Source: Azolla caroliniana (lineage: Eukaryota; Plantae; Polypodiophyta). From it: 64,000 nt of DNA. This document shows positions 26,731 through 41,200 of this stretch, in pieces. The DNA is taken from assembly GCA_043228905.1 (NCBI GenBank), contig JBHGNT010000002.1, forward strand, positions 20,832,001 through 20,896,000. Reading direction: 5' to 3'. Positions within the stretch are counted from its first letter, which is position 1, and every line of letters begins with the position of its first letter. The notes below the pieces were generated by a model. That model saw only the letters and a program-made list of their open reading frames with translations. It had not been told where the DNA came from and made no database searches. The translations under genes and the position numbers were made by a program.

Positions 26731-26956
26731 ATTCTCTGCTTCTGTCTCTCTGCTTCACGCATACAATGATGGATTGCTCATTGAAGAAAGAAGAAAGAAC
26801 TTCAATGGGAGAAGAGAGAGAGAGAGAGAGAGAGAGTTAGAATGTATGGATGGATGGATGGATGGACTGGGTCTCTGTGTACACATCATAGAGAGAGAAA
26901 GTCCAGGAAGAAGAGAGAGAGAGAGATAGCGTGTGTCTGTAGAGAGAGAGTGAGAG

Positions 26957-26991
<35 letters not shown>

Positions 26992-27237
26992 CTTCTCCCT
27001 CTAACCACACGCCCATGTGGCCACTATCCTCTCTCTGTCTCTCCATGAATGTATGTATCTTATGCATGCTATGTATGTATGTATGTATATTTGTATGTAT
27101 GTATGTATGTATGTATGTATGTATGTATGTATGTATGTATGTATGTATGTATGTATGAATTATGTATGTATGTATATGTATGTAGGTATGTATGTATGTA
27201 TGTATGTATGTATGTATGTATGTATGCATTATGTAAG

Positions 27238-27269
<32 letters not shown>

Positions 27270-27460
27270 TGTATGTATGTATGTATGTATGTATGTATGT
27301 ATGCATTATGTATGTATATGTATGTATGTATGTTTGTATGTATGTATGTGTGTGTGTGTGTAAAGAGATGATGGTGGTGGTGATGATGATGGTGATGGTG
27401 ATGGTGTGATGGTGATGATGGGAGCTACAGTGTAAAGAAAAGTGAAGTTCAAGTTGTAGG

Positions 27461-27534
<74 letters not shown>

Positions 27535-27535
27535 T
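26466..27535. repeat. Compound microsatellite block upstream of ARF: (TG)n, (GA)n, (CT)n, (TATG)n, (GAT/GGT)n
   Basis: Directly visible; long (CT)n at 26675-26725 and 27462-27528; (TATG)n at 27050-27350. Confidence 0.95.
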
Positions 27536-30500
27536 CATATGTATAATGTATATACGCATACATACATACTCACTATGCCTACCTACGTTAATAAATAGAT
27601 CCATCGAATTGGGCATCGTCGACGCAATCGACACCCTGTTGCGTCCCCCCCCCCTTCTTCCTTTTTCTTCCTTGCGTTTGACCACCATTGTCCCGTGTAT
27701 CTGTCTTAGTGCTCGAGATGAATGCCTGCTAGCACGCATTCACACCCCCCCTATCCTCATGTCGATGACTTTTCATGTCAAAATTGTTGCATGGTAATAG
27801 TCTTCTGCCCTGCATCCTGACAGTAAACACTCTCTCGCTTCACCCCATACTCCCCCCCCCCTCGATTGACTCATCGATGCTTGTTCAACCTCATTACATA
27901 AATGGCATACTCCAAGGGCTTTATTCTCATTGAAAATCCCTGGTTTCTCATGTATTTAGGAAAGTTCTGGGTTTTGAAAAGATTCACCTACATAAGGAAT
28001 TCCAGTGAAACATGGAAATTACAAAGTGATGTTCATCTATAAATTCTGGAACATTGGCCATAACTTTCGAGGTTTCGTAACCAGTAGATTCGCCCAAACA
28101 TTTATGATGAAAGTGCATAAAGCCTTATTTTCTTCACTTGTTGTGCCACCCACTTCTGTTGTTTATCTCTCATTAAATGGTGCATGCTACGTCATCGGCA
28201 TGGGATGATGACATATGGTTATCGGTTCACCAATAGCTACTCAGCGCGACCTAACAAACCATTCTCTCTACCATTATGACATCTTATTAGAGAATGTCCT
28301 TACCTTGGTCCATTCATGCCTATTGAGACATTTGGTACCTCATGCCTTTCATGGATGTCCCTTTATAACTTGTGGCCCTCCAAAGGGTTACTCTCCAATT
28401 ACAGAAAATGAGTATTGGGGATAATCTACGAAGATGGGTTTATTCATTTGGGCCAAATGCTAGGTATGGATTAGGTTAAATGTGTGTTGAATGAATAATG
28501 AGAAAAGTGAATGCACCCGTACACCGTGGGGCTCCTATTTGAGTTTAAAATATTTGAGGTGAACACATGCTTACAATGTTCTCCTTTCAACATTGCAAAT
28601 GATTTTCAAGTTGATTTCATTGTCACACTAGGAGATACTTGTTCACCCAATTGCTCATGGAGGTAAAGCATTAAGATCACACTTAGCATAATCGTATGTT
28701 TCTGTGGTCATGATAGGCATCCAATAGCACTCGAAACCCACAAACTCATAGGTTATGAACTTTAGAGTTTTTATTTATTGTGCCCACCCTATCATAGTAG
28801 ATTGACAATAACACTATCCCCACTACTTGCCAATGAACATAGCAAACATGATTGTATGATGTTTGAAAAGTATTGAAATTGCTTTCATTGTTAGATTCTA
28901 TAGAACTCAATAAGGCTACAATGAACCAGCTATAGAATAGGGACAAAAAAAATCAAAAGGGGAAAAGGCAGATGTGTCTAACATTTCATGTAGCTGACTA
29001 TACAATGCTCAAGAAAGCCTACAATGACCATTTATGGGCGATGGATGCCGAATTTCAAAAGAGAGGTATTGTTTGAGCCAACCATTGTATGTGTACTATT
29101 AGAATATACAATGTTTTAATCTCTCAAAGAAATACCTATCATTTCATAACCATAAAATCCATATGTGAAAACTAATCTACATCAAGTGGCAAAGATTTTT
29201 ATTATGTGGACCTACTTTCTTTCTATCTATCATTAGTGTGATGCGTGCACTATTTGGAAGGTAAAGCTCGAAAGTCTATGCACATTGGAGATAACATTTT
29301 TCTCGGTTTTAGGCTAACAATATTTCTATGCATGTGCATGAATATAAAAATGCACACACACACACAACTCTCTCTCTCTCTCTCTCTCTCTATTATTGTC
29401 TTATGATTCACATTGAAACATCAAAATAATAAAAAATGAGGGAACATGGGTTCGATTCAATACCGTATTCTATGGGGCATTAATATCGACTTCTCTCCGT
29501 GTCTCTATTTTCTCTCATAATGGCATTACCTTCTTCTGTCTCTTTCTCTCTATTATGGTTATTAGGCATTTCGATGACCAAAAGCAAGAAGCCTAGCCTA
29601 TATAGGTCCCGTATAGATAGATGAACCTAGGCTCAACAAATGCTCTCTTAAATGTCTTAGAAATTGAGCATCCATTCGATCTAACTTTTTTTTTTTTTTT
29701 ACAATTTGATCTTTTCTTTTCTAGTTTATGCATTTATAATATTTACCGACTGAAATGTGCTTTTTTGTAGAACTGTTTATACCATGCCTCAAGTAGAGGG
29801 ATCATTACCACAATGACATTCAACAATGTAAATATCTCACAACAACGGGTTAAGGAAAATGTTTGGCTATCCAATACAAATATTAAAATTGTTCTTTAAT
29901 AATGATTACAAAACGTGCATTTTCCTTATTCGAAGAATCGAATGTTGATTGGAATGGTAATATGTCATATCTAATGAGAATAACGAAAACCTTTGGTTGA
30001 AATGAGAATAGCTGAACTATCCTATGTGATTTGAGTGACAACCACAACACCCCACTACTTTGCAAATAACATCATTTTAATAAGGAATCAAAGCTTCAAA
30101 TCAAGAATGTTAAGAGCTCTCATTTAGGTAATGCCTTAACACAAACACCGTTACAATGGAAAGTAATAAATCAAATTCTTATCCTTAAAAGCATTTCCAT
30201 ATTTCTTTTTTCTTTTGAGAATAAATATAGTACCATCTTTGTATTCGGATAGACTCACATAATGATCTCTAATGTCAAGCAAATGTAAACATATTGAATT
30301 TAATTTAATCGTTTGTGTTCTTTGTTACAATCATAATTTGAACTGTAAACAAAAATTTCGATTCCATCTTCTATCATGCTTTACATATTGTTTTAGCATC
30401 AAAGAAGATGTATGGTTAATACTATGATTGTAAGATATCAAATTGGCGAACCAATAAAAATAAGGAATCAAGTTATATGAAAGTAAAAATTAAATATCAT

Positions 30501-30999
30501 TATAATATCACTATTCATTGTATTTCATTTATATGTAGTACACGTTGGTTTTACCTTACTATAGACACTCAAATTCGATTAAGCTAGTTAAAACCCTTTT
30601 CCCTTTCCAGTAATTAGATGCACCCATGAAGGATAATGTTCACTTAAAAACAATAGGTCACGATTTCCGCGAAGCTCAACATTGATATTAGGGCAAACTT
30701 GCCATAATCATTGATAAATTGTGGTCGATGTATCATTTGGAGCCTATGACTTTGGTGATGACCTTTCACCTTGGTGACTTCCTTTTCCTCCTATGTAAGT
30801 TTATAAGAAGTTCCCATCAATGACTACAATTCGGTTGGATGTGTAAATTGCGACGAACCAAAGGTAAACCAATTAAGGATGTTGCATCAATATAATTAGA
30901 TAATCTTTGATTGTGAATTTTTAAGAAATTAATCATCATTCAAATTAAACTTAAGGACTATTTGGGTCTATATGGAACTAACACTAGTATTTGATCAAT

Positions 31000-32280
31000 A
31001 GTCTATGTGCATGGATTGTAAGGGACATTTGAACTAGCTAGAGGCCTTCCTTAGTTGTTTTCCGAGAAGGTCTCTCATAATAACTATCTTCATGTTCCCC
31101 AAAGGGGTCTCTAATAGTTTGAGAGCTTGGAAATGTTTGTGATTTGATTGCAATATAGAGTTATGACCAAATTCTTAAACAAAGTGGCCTTCCTCCTACC
31201 ACACTTATTTCGGACTTGAATTGGATTCATAGGGTACCAACAATGGATGGAATGTGTGCAATGGTTCCAAACTTTGTGATTACCATTTGAGTCTTTGCAC
31301 CATGAATATAACTAGAAAAGAGTGATAATAAGGGTGGTTGACCCGATGTGCTTGACAAACTATGTGATGCATAAAACAAAATAGGCAAGTCTTACATAAC
31401 TCTTATGCTAACTTAATGACGTGCAAAAAACCACCTTGATCAACATAAGAGCTAGCATGGAGTTGCTCTCTTTTAGGTGGGTTGACCTTGATTTCCGAAT
31501 TCACTAGTGTTTTCACATGTTAAACGACTTCCATGGGGGCAAAGGCATCCTACCTAGGAACACTTTTTTCTAAGATATAAACCACTTAAGGAAGCCTCAA
31601 GGTACATGTAAGGGTTATGCTCCTTTTTGTACTTCTAGAAACATGTATTTCGAGAAGCATTTGTACCAAGTGAGAAAATGTACAACCTCCCCAAGATTCA
31701 AAACAATTTATTTCAAAACCCAGAGTGGAATCCAACAAGAATCAATGGTAGGAAGTTGTAATATGGAGCCTAATGGAAATATTAGGGTACACCACTTCTC
31801 ATTACATTGGAGGATGTAAAGCCAAGGGACAAAAAGGTAAGGGACTTGAGTGGGTACCCAATTGGAAAATAGAGAAGCCCATGATTACAAACTTAGGCAA
31901 ACTATTAGAGAGTCCAAAAACAAAGAAAACTAACTATGGGAATGTCCATGGATTCATCAATGAGGGGCTAGGAAAGGACATGGAAGCTACTTGGCATGTC
32001 AAGAAGGGTGTCACAATTGTCCAAGGATGGCAATAGAGAAAATCCTAATTTTTGCAACTCAAATGAGACAGAATATGCCACATACCCAAGTGACAAGAGA
32101 AACCTCGATTAGGAATAAATGGAATCCTAAGAAGGCGAGGATTCCAACTCAAGACATAGACTTCATAGTTCTCATATGGGGAAACATTTACAAGAAATGC
32201 GTCCCAATGATCTAGACGAAAGCTCAAGGATGGTGCAAAGGACATGCTCTCATTTGGTTCCCAAAAAACTCCCAAAGCGG
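31000..32280 (+). pseudogene. Possible very old LINE ORF2 relic
   Basis: Weak motifs in order: LHNSYAN (cf. YADD), SYLGT, W...KGQKGKGL (cf. PK..GGLG); no long frame. Confidence 0.35.
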
Positions 32281-32289
32281 AAAGGAAAA

Positions 32290-35200
32290 TGTTGAGCGAG
32301 CAAGCTCAGCCGGATTGGTGAGACGGATCGGAGAGCCGGATTCGAGCGGGAACCGGAAGCCTAGTAGTAGCCTAGACTACTAGGTAATCATTGTCTCGTA
32401 GTTAGTGTCAGTCGTTCGTATGAGCATTGAAGTACATAATACTTCAGGCAATCCCTTTGAGAACTTGTATAAATAGTGTTGTTTAGCACGTTGTATGTAC
32501 AGAGTCTTACAGAGTGTCATTTTGAATCTAACTTTATGTGTTGCTCTCTTTGTCTCTCCTGCGTATACTCTTTGTGTATTAAGCTTCTCCATTAAACCTT
32601 CATCTTATTCTCCGTTGTTATCCGGCTAAGCCGGTTCTGTCTAACACTTCCGCACGTTTACATTCACATGGTATCAGAGCGCGAGGGTTGAGAACCTCTG
32701 CAGCCGACACTTGCTTTCGTAGACGAACCCTAGAACCCGGTAACAACAAAAAGAGAGAAGATATGGACAAAGGAATGACGAGTTCACTTCCAACAAAGAA
32801 GCTCGACCAAAGCAACTACGGGTCCTAGTCATACAAGATGCACCAGTACCTGCTGGGGCATGGATATTGGAGCTTCGTGGAAGGAAGGAACGAGGTAGCG
32901 CCAAAGCCGACACACAAGGACTTCTCGGTATGGGAGCAAGGAGCGAGCCGAGTATTGTACTGCCTCATGTCTTGTGTGCAAGACCAGATGCTCGACTACA
33001 TAAAGGATGCAAAAACGCCGAAGGAGGCTTGGGGAAATCTAAGGAAGATTTTCGACGCGAGTATCAAAGCCCATAAGTTACAGCTCCGGCAAGAGTTGAA
33101 CAACATCCGGCAAAGAGACATGTTAGTTACGGACTGCACCAACAAGATAAAGGAGATTTGTGACACGCTCGGGTTCATCAACGTGTCAGTGGACGAAGAC
33201 GAGATGGTACAAATCTACCTCGGTGGTCTAGCGTAGAGGTACGGGCCAATCCGGAAAAAGATTTGCACCCAGGAGAAGCCACCGACTTTCTTCGACTTGC
33301 AATGGATGCTGATGATCTAAGAAAACCACGCGAGTGGGTCGAGGACCACTCAATCGGACAACCGGATGCTGTACACGGAGACAGATCGGCCCCATCGACG
33401 TGGTGGACGAGGTGGGTCGGCACGCAATAGAGGTAGCCGACAAGAGCAGGACCAAAGGCATAGAGGTAGTGCCGACAGTAGTTCTGAACCCTCCACAAGC
33501 AGAGGGAGTCAAAGTAGCGCCGGAAACCAGCAAGGAAAAGCCGACACGGAATGTTGGTATTGTGGCAAAAAGGGCCATAGGGAAAGCAAGTGCTGGAAGA
33601 AGCGCGCCGATTCGGACAAATCTGGATCCGGCAAAACCGGTCAGGAAAACCGGCAAAGCTCGCACTACGCAGAAGGATCCATAACCGGGAAGACCGGTAA
33701 AGGGCCAACCTTCGTGATGAAGCACATGGATAACTTGATGAAGAAGACTACTTTCAAATCGGAGGAAGTATGGTACGTTGATTCATGACAAGCCATGAAG
33801 AATGGTTCTCTTTTTTGGAAAAACTGGAACAACCAAGGATTGTCGAAACTGGAGATGACACCCCTCACTCGATTGTGCATGTCGGAGAAGTCCCTTTAAG
33901 CCATGTCGGACAAAAGGGCAAGCTGATGAACGTACTACACGTTCCGACAATCACAAAGAACTTGGTGTTTGTTGGACAAATCATCAACCAAGGAATGCAG
34001 GTGCGGTTTACGCACCTCAGGTGCTTCATCGAGGAAGAAGGCTAGATAATTGCGCAAGGGCGCAGAGAAGGGAGAATGTTCATCCTCAACACAAATGACA
34101 TCGGCACTGCTATGTTTGCGAAAGGGCAGAAGGTTGAGTCGGACATTGACTTGTAGCACAAGTAGATCGGCAATGTCAACTACCAGAGGCTTCAAGACCT
34201 GCAATTGAAACAAGTTGTGTTCGGATTGCCGAAATATAGTGGCCGGAAGGCCCAAATATGTGAAGCCTGCCAACGCAAGAAGCAACACCGGCTTCCATTC
34301 CCCACCGAACGAAATCAGAGTTGTAACAAGCTCGACTTAATCCACTCGGATGTATGGGAACTGGCACAGAACGTTCGTCTTGGCAGGAGTTGGTATTTCA
34401 TCTCCTTCATCGACGACTACAGCTGACACACGTGGATCTACCTCATTGAACGGAAGAGCGAAGTCTTCGAATGTTTCCGGAACTTGCAAAGCTTAGTTGA
34501 ACGGGAAATGAAGAGGAAGATTAAGTGCTTGTGGTCGGATGGCGGAAAAGAATACTTTTCCGGCCAATTCAACAGTTATTTGCAACAGAATGGAATTCGC
34601 AAAGAATTCAGCTGCAGATACACACTGGAGCAAAACGGTGTGGCCGAAAGGAAGAACTGGTCAATTGTTGACGCGACAAGGGCAATGCTAGAGGAGAAGA
34701 GCATGCCCAAATTCTATTGGGCTGAGGCGGTCCGGACGACCCTCTACATCCAAAACCGGATTGGGGACAAGGTGTCAGCACATGAGCTGTATTTCAGGCG
34801 GAAGCTGAATTTGAGACCTTCGGATATTCGGTAGCATAGCATATGTGCATGTACCGGATGAGAAGCGGAGGAAGCTGGATCCGAAGTCGGAGAAGTGCAT
34901 CCTGGACAGTTACTCGCATGAGCAAATGGGGTATAAGTGCTATAACCCCTAGACTAAGCAGGTCCGAATAAGCCGAGATGTCAAGTTTGATGAGACGACA
35001 TCATGGTACTCCTTACCGACTCCAACTCCCGACGAAGACCCTATTTCAGAAGATGAGGCTAGTGAGCCCGAGGAGGTCTAGGTAGAAGATGAAGACTCTG
35101 CCGTGCTCTCCCCACGGAAGGAACCAAGGAGATGGTTCACATGCAAAGAGAAGGGGAAGAAGAAGATGTCGGAATACGAAACCGGCAACATTGAGTCGGA

Positions 35201-38200
35201 TCGGAGCGAATCCGACTCAAGAAAGGATGAAGGCGGATCTTCGGGAACGAACTCCGAACCGGCCAAGAAGGGCCCCAAACCGGGTGATGACAAGTTACGC
35301 CAATCTTCCCACCAGAAGAACCCATTTATGCGGTACGGGTACAATGAGTACATGGCGCATCACTATGCGTACATGACCAAAGTGGCGGAAGTGCGCGAGC
35401 CAAAGATCTATGCAGAAGCGGCAAAGGACTCAAATTGGCATGCCGCTATGGAAGAAGAAATGTGGGCACTTGATGCCAACGACACATGGGACCTCGTTGA
35501 CCCTCCCCGACACTGTAAACCGATCAGTTGCAAATGGGTGTACAAGGTAAAGTACAATACCGACGGTTCGGTTAACCGGTACAAGGCCCGGTTAGTGGCG
35601 AAGGGATACGCATAGACCCACGGAATCGACTATGAAGAGACCTTCGCTTCGATAACGAAGATGACGACGGTTCATGTGGTACTGGTGTATGCTGCGGCAA
35701 GGGGGTGGCATCTTCACCAGATGGATGTGAAGAATGCGTTTCTTCAAGGTGACCTTGAAGAACGGGTCTATATGATCCAACCTCCCGGTTTTCAGTTGGA
35801 GATGAACAAGTCAGCGGTGTGCTGGCTTAAGAAGTCGCTTTACAGTCTGAAACAAACCCCCCGAGCTTGGAATGCGAAGATCACGCACCGGTTGCGTAAG
35901 ATGGGGTTTGTGACCTCTAAATACACTCATCGTTGTTCATCTGGCAAGGTCCGAACGGTCCGGTTTGCATCTTACTTTATGTAGATGATTTAATCATCAC
36001 CGGACCTAGACTCGATGAAATCGGCTGTGTCAAGGCCCAATTGTTGGACGCATTTGAAATGAAGGAGCTGGGGGACCTTCATTATTTTCTTGGGATCGAG
36101 GTGATCCAAATCCCCGATGGCATATTGCTCTTAGAAAGACACTTTGTGCTGAATATGGTGTACAAGTTCGGCATGACGGAATGTTGACCGATCTCCACAC
36201 CCCTGGACTGGAACCTGAAGCTACGTCTTGACTCCGGACCGGCTTGTGATGAGAAACGGTTCCGACAAATAGTCGGAAGCCTAATATACTTGACAATCAC
36301 CCGACCCGATATCAGTTATCCGGTCAGTGTGATCAACTAAAATATGTAGAAGCCAACCGTGGAGCACCTTCAGTGCGTGCATCAAATATTGCGGTATGTG
36401 AGCGGCACGAAGGACCGAGGACTATTATACCGACATGGTATAACTGAAGAGCTAGTGGGATACACAGATGCCGACTAGGCTGGTGATGCATCGGATCGCT
36501 GATCCACCTCCGGTTACATGTTTTCTCTAGGTAGCGTTGTTGTTGCGTGGAGCAGCAAAACACAGCCGATAGTGGCTCTGTCGAGCACTGAGGCTGAGTA
36601 CCGAGGCGCTACTAATGCCACCTGTGAAGCCATTTGGCTTCGGCGACTGCTGCGTGACCTCTGGATCAAGGTACTGACTGCGATCTTGATCTACTGTGAC
36701 AACATGAGGAGCATTTAGCTCGCCAAGAACTTTGTATTCCATGCTCGAACAAAGCACATAGAAGTGCATTATCACTTTTTTTGTGAGCGGGTCTTGAGCG
36801 GTGAAGTTGAACTTCGGTATGTTCACACGGATCGGCAGGTTGCCGACATCTTCACCAAGCTGCTTGGATCAGACAAGTTGCAACATTTTTAAGAGATGCT
36901 CTGCATTCAACATCTCAATGTGCTGCACTTGAGGGGTAGAACAAGAACAGGAACGGATGGCACCGGACACGGAGCTGAAGAGGAAGAAAGAACCATGGGG
37001 AGAGATAAGCAGAAAAAGAAGACCGAGCCGACAGAATAAGTCGGCAGATCCGAACAAGTCGGAGTAAGCAGCAATGGCGGCAGAGTCAAGAAGGACAGAG
37101 CCGACTAGAAGAAGGCCAAGACGTGGACGTGGTTCGATGTGGTGAAGGGTGTTGAGCGGCAAGCTCAACCGGATCCGGATCGGTTGAATAAGCCTGAGCC
37201 GGATCAACATCCGAAAGGATGAGCCAAATCAACATTTGGAAGGATGAACCGGTGAGCAAGTGAGCTGGTGAGGTGGAGGGCCAGTCAGCTGGATCAAGTA
37301 GTAACTGGAAGCCTAGTAGCAGCCTAGACTACTAGGTAGTTAATGTCTTGTAGTTAGTGTCAGACGCTCGTGTGAGCATTAAAGTACACTGTACCTCTGT
37401 CAATCATCTTAGGACTTGTATAAATAGTGCTACTGAGCACATTGTATTTACAGAGAATTTTACAGAGTTGTTGATAATAGATTTAAGTTGTTCTGCTCTT
37501 TCTCTGTCTCTTCTGCATACCTTCTGTGTGTTAATCTCTCTCTCTCTGTTGCTATCCGGCGAAGCCGGTTCTCTAACGCTTCCACACCTTCGTTTTTACA
37601 TGGTATCAGAGAGCGAGGGTTGAGAACCTCTGCAACCGACATCAACATCTGAAGACAAACCCTAAGACCCGATAAGAACAGAAAGAGAAGGGATGGACAG
37701 AGGAATGGCTAGCTCGCTCCCGGTGGAGAAGCTCGACAGATCCAACTACGCATTTTGGTCATACAAGATGCACCAGTACCTGCTTGGGCATGGTTACTGG
37801 AGCTATGTCGACGGAGCTAATGACACAACACTTGATGCGGCACACAAGGACTTCCCAGTGTGGGAACAAGCGACAAGTAGAGTGATGTACTGCTTTGTGT
37901 CCAGTGTCGGAGACTAGCTGCTGAGCCATGTCCGAGATGCCAAGATGCCAAAAGAAGCTTGGGGAAACTTGAAGAAGGTTTTTGCGGCAAGCACTACGGC
38001 CTAGAAGCTGCAACTCCGACATGAGTTGAGCAATGTCCGACAGAAGGACATGTCGGTAGCCGATTACACGGTCCGAATCAAAGAGACCTATGACTCACTT
38101 GCCTCAATCAACGTCACTGTAGAGGAAGATGAGATGGTGTAGATCTGTCTTGGGGGCCTAGTGTCTAAGTTCAGAGCGTTCCGAATGGCGGTATGTACAA

Positions 38201-41200
38201 GGGAGAATACGTTGTCATTTTTCGACTTATAGTCGATGCTGCTTGTAGAGGAGAACCATGCTGGTGCGTCAACAAGTGCACCCACCGACAACCGGATGCT
38301 ATACACGGAGGCGGATCGGCCCCATGGGCGTGGTGGACGAGGCGGGTCAGCTCGTAATGGTAGCGGCCGGCAAGAGCAGGACCGAAGGCACAAAGAACGT
38401 GCCGACAGCAGTTCCGGACCCTCCACAAGCCGGGGAAGTCAAGGCGGTGCCGGAGGCTGGCAAGCAAAGGCCGACACGGAATGCTGGTACTGTGGAAAAA
38501 AGGGCCATAGAGAAAGCGAGTGCTGGAAGAAGTGTGCCGATTCGGACAAATCCGGATCTGGCAAGGCCGGTAGAGAGAACCGACAATACTCGCACTACGC
38601 AAAAGGATCGGGAGGATCCAAAACTGGAAAAGTCAGTAAAGGGCCAGCCTTGGTGATGAAACATGAGGCTAACTTGATGAAGAAGACCACTTCCAAATCG
38701 GAGGAAGTGTGGTATGTTGATTCCGGTGCGTCGAATCACATGACGAGCCACAAAGAGTGGTTCTCTTTCTTGGCGAAATCGGAACAACCGAGAGTCGTCG
38801 AAACCGGAGATGACACTCCTCACCCAATCGTGCATGTCGGAGAAGTCCCTTTGAGCCACGTTAGACAGAGGGGGAAACTGATGAACGTATTACACGTTTC
38901 GACTATCACGAAGAACCCGATGTCAGTTGATCAGATCGTTGACTAGGGGATGCAGGTGCGGTTTACGCACCTTGGGTGCTTCATCGAGGAAGAGGGCTAG
39001 ATTATTGCACAAGGGCACAGAGATGGGAGGATGTTCATCCTCGACACCAATGACGTCAGCACCGCTTTGTTCACCAAAGGACAGAAGATTGAATCGGATA
39101 TTGATCTTTGGCACAAGCGAATCGGCCAATCAATTACCGGAGGATTCAAGACCTGCAAACGAAACAAGTTGTTTTCGGTTTGCCGAGGTTTAGTGGCCAG
39201 AAGATCCAAATATGTGAAGCCTGCCAACTCGGAAAGCAACACCAGCTTCCATTCCCCACTGAACGAAACTGTAGCCATAACAAGCTCGAACTTATTCATT
39301 CGGATGTATGGGAACCGACAAAGAACGTTAGTCTTGACGGGAGTCGATACTTTGTCTCCTTCATCGACGACTACAGCCGAGCCGGCACATGTGGATCTAC
39401 CTCATCGAGAGGAAGAGCGAAGTCTTCAAGTGTTTCTGGAACCTTCAAAGCTTGGTTGAACAGGAAACGGAGAGGAAGATCAAGTGCCTGTGGTTGGATG
39501 GCGGGAAAGAATACTTTTCCGGCCAATTCAACAGTTATCTGCAACAGAATGGAATTCGGAGAGAATTCAGTTGCAAGTACACACCGGAGCAAAATGGTGT
39601 GGCCCAAAGGAAGAACCGGTCGGTTGTCGACGCGACAAGGGCAATGCTGGAGGAGAAGAGCATGCCCCATTTCTAATGGGCTAAGGTGGTCCGGACGACT
39701 ATCTATATCCAAAACCGGATTGGTGAGAAGGTGTCCGCACATGAGCTGTATTTCGGGCGCAAGCCGAATTTGAGACACCTTTGGATATTCGGTAGCATTG
39801 CATATGTGCATGTGCCGGATGAGAAGCGGAGGAAGTTGGATGCAAAGTCGGAGAAATGCATCCTGGTCGGTTACTCGCATGAGCAAAAGGGGTATAAGTG
39901 TTATAACCCCCGGACGAAGCAGGTCCAAATTAGCCGAGATGTTGAGTTTGATGAGACGACATCATGGTATGCCTTACCGACTTCGACCTCTGACCCTGAC
40001 CTAATACCGAAGGATGAGGATAGTGAGCCTGAAGCGGTCCAGTTAGAAGACGAAGGGTTTGAGACTCTAGATGTGAGTTCAGAATCATTTCAGTTGAGCG
40101 GCCTGAACGAGCGACTGGGTCAGACAGACCAGTCAGAAGATGAACCGGTGAGTAGTGGAGACTCTACCGTGGTCTCCCCACGCAAGGAACTGAGGAGACG
40201 GTTCACATGCAAAGAGAAGGGGAAGAAGAAGATGCTGGAATACGAAACCGGCAACATTGAGTTGGATCGGAGCGAATCCGACTCCGAAAAGGATGAAGGC
40301 GGATCTTTGGGAACGAAATCCGACTTGGCCAAGAAGGGCCTCAAACCGGGTAATACCAAGTTACGCCGGTCTTCCCGCCTAAGAACTCCGTTACGCGGTA
40401 CAGGTACAATGAGTACATGGCGCATCATTATGCGTTCATGACTAAGGTGGCAGAAGTGCATGAGCCGGAGAGCTACGCAGAAGCGGCAAAGGACGCAAAT
40501 TGGCGGTATGCTGGCTAAAGAAGTTGCTTTATGGCCTGAAGCAAGCCCCCCGAGCTTGAAATGCGAAGATGACGCACCGGTTGCGTAAGATGGGGTTTGC
40601 GGCCTCCAAGTTCGACTCTTCGTTGTTCATCCAGCAAGGTCCGGACGGTCCAGTTTGCATCTTGCTGTATGTTGATGATCTAGTCATCACCGAACCCGGA
40701 CTCGATGAAATCAGCTGAGTCAAGTCCCAGCTATTGGATGCATTTGAGATGAAGGACCTTGGGGACCTTCACTATTTCCTTGGGATCAAGGTGATCCGAT
40801 CCCCCGACGGCATATTGCTCTCACAAAGACACTATGTGTTGAATATGTTGTACAAGTTCGGCATGACGGAATGCCGACCAATCTCCACACCCATGGACCG
40901 GAACCTGAAGCTCCGTCCTGACTTCGGACCAGCATGCGATGAGAAGTGGTTCCGAAAAATCGTCGAAAGCCTTATATATTTGACAATCACCCGACCCGAC
41001 ATCAGTTATCCGGTCGACGTGATCAGCCAAAATATGTAGAAGGCGACCGTGGAGCACCTTCTGTGCGCGCATTGAATTTTGCGATATGTGAGTAGCACGA
41101 AGGACCGGGGACTGTTATACCGGCATGGTATAACCGATGAGCTTGTCGTCTACACCGATGCCGACTGGGCCGACGATGCATCGGATCGCCGATCCACCTC

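Noticed and set aside
26740-27045. TGTCTC AuxRE matches upstream of ARF (autoregulation)
   Set aside because: Expected by chance in CT-rich DNA; not in paired IR/DR spacing
25263-27739. Many ORFs such as [16 protein letters not shown] and RERERE
   Set aside because: Translations of microsatellites; only the embedded ARF exon 2 is real
28000-30900. Short ORFs of 60-70 aa in AT-rich DNA
   Set aside because: No motifs, coding bias or splice pattern
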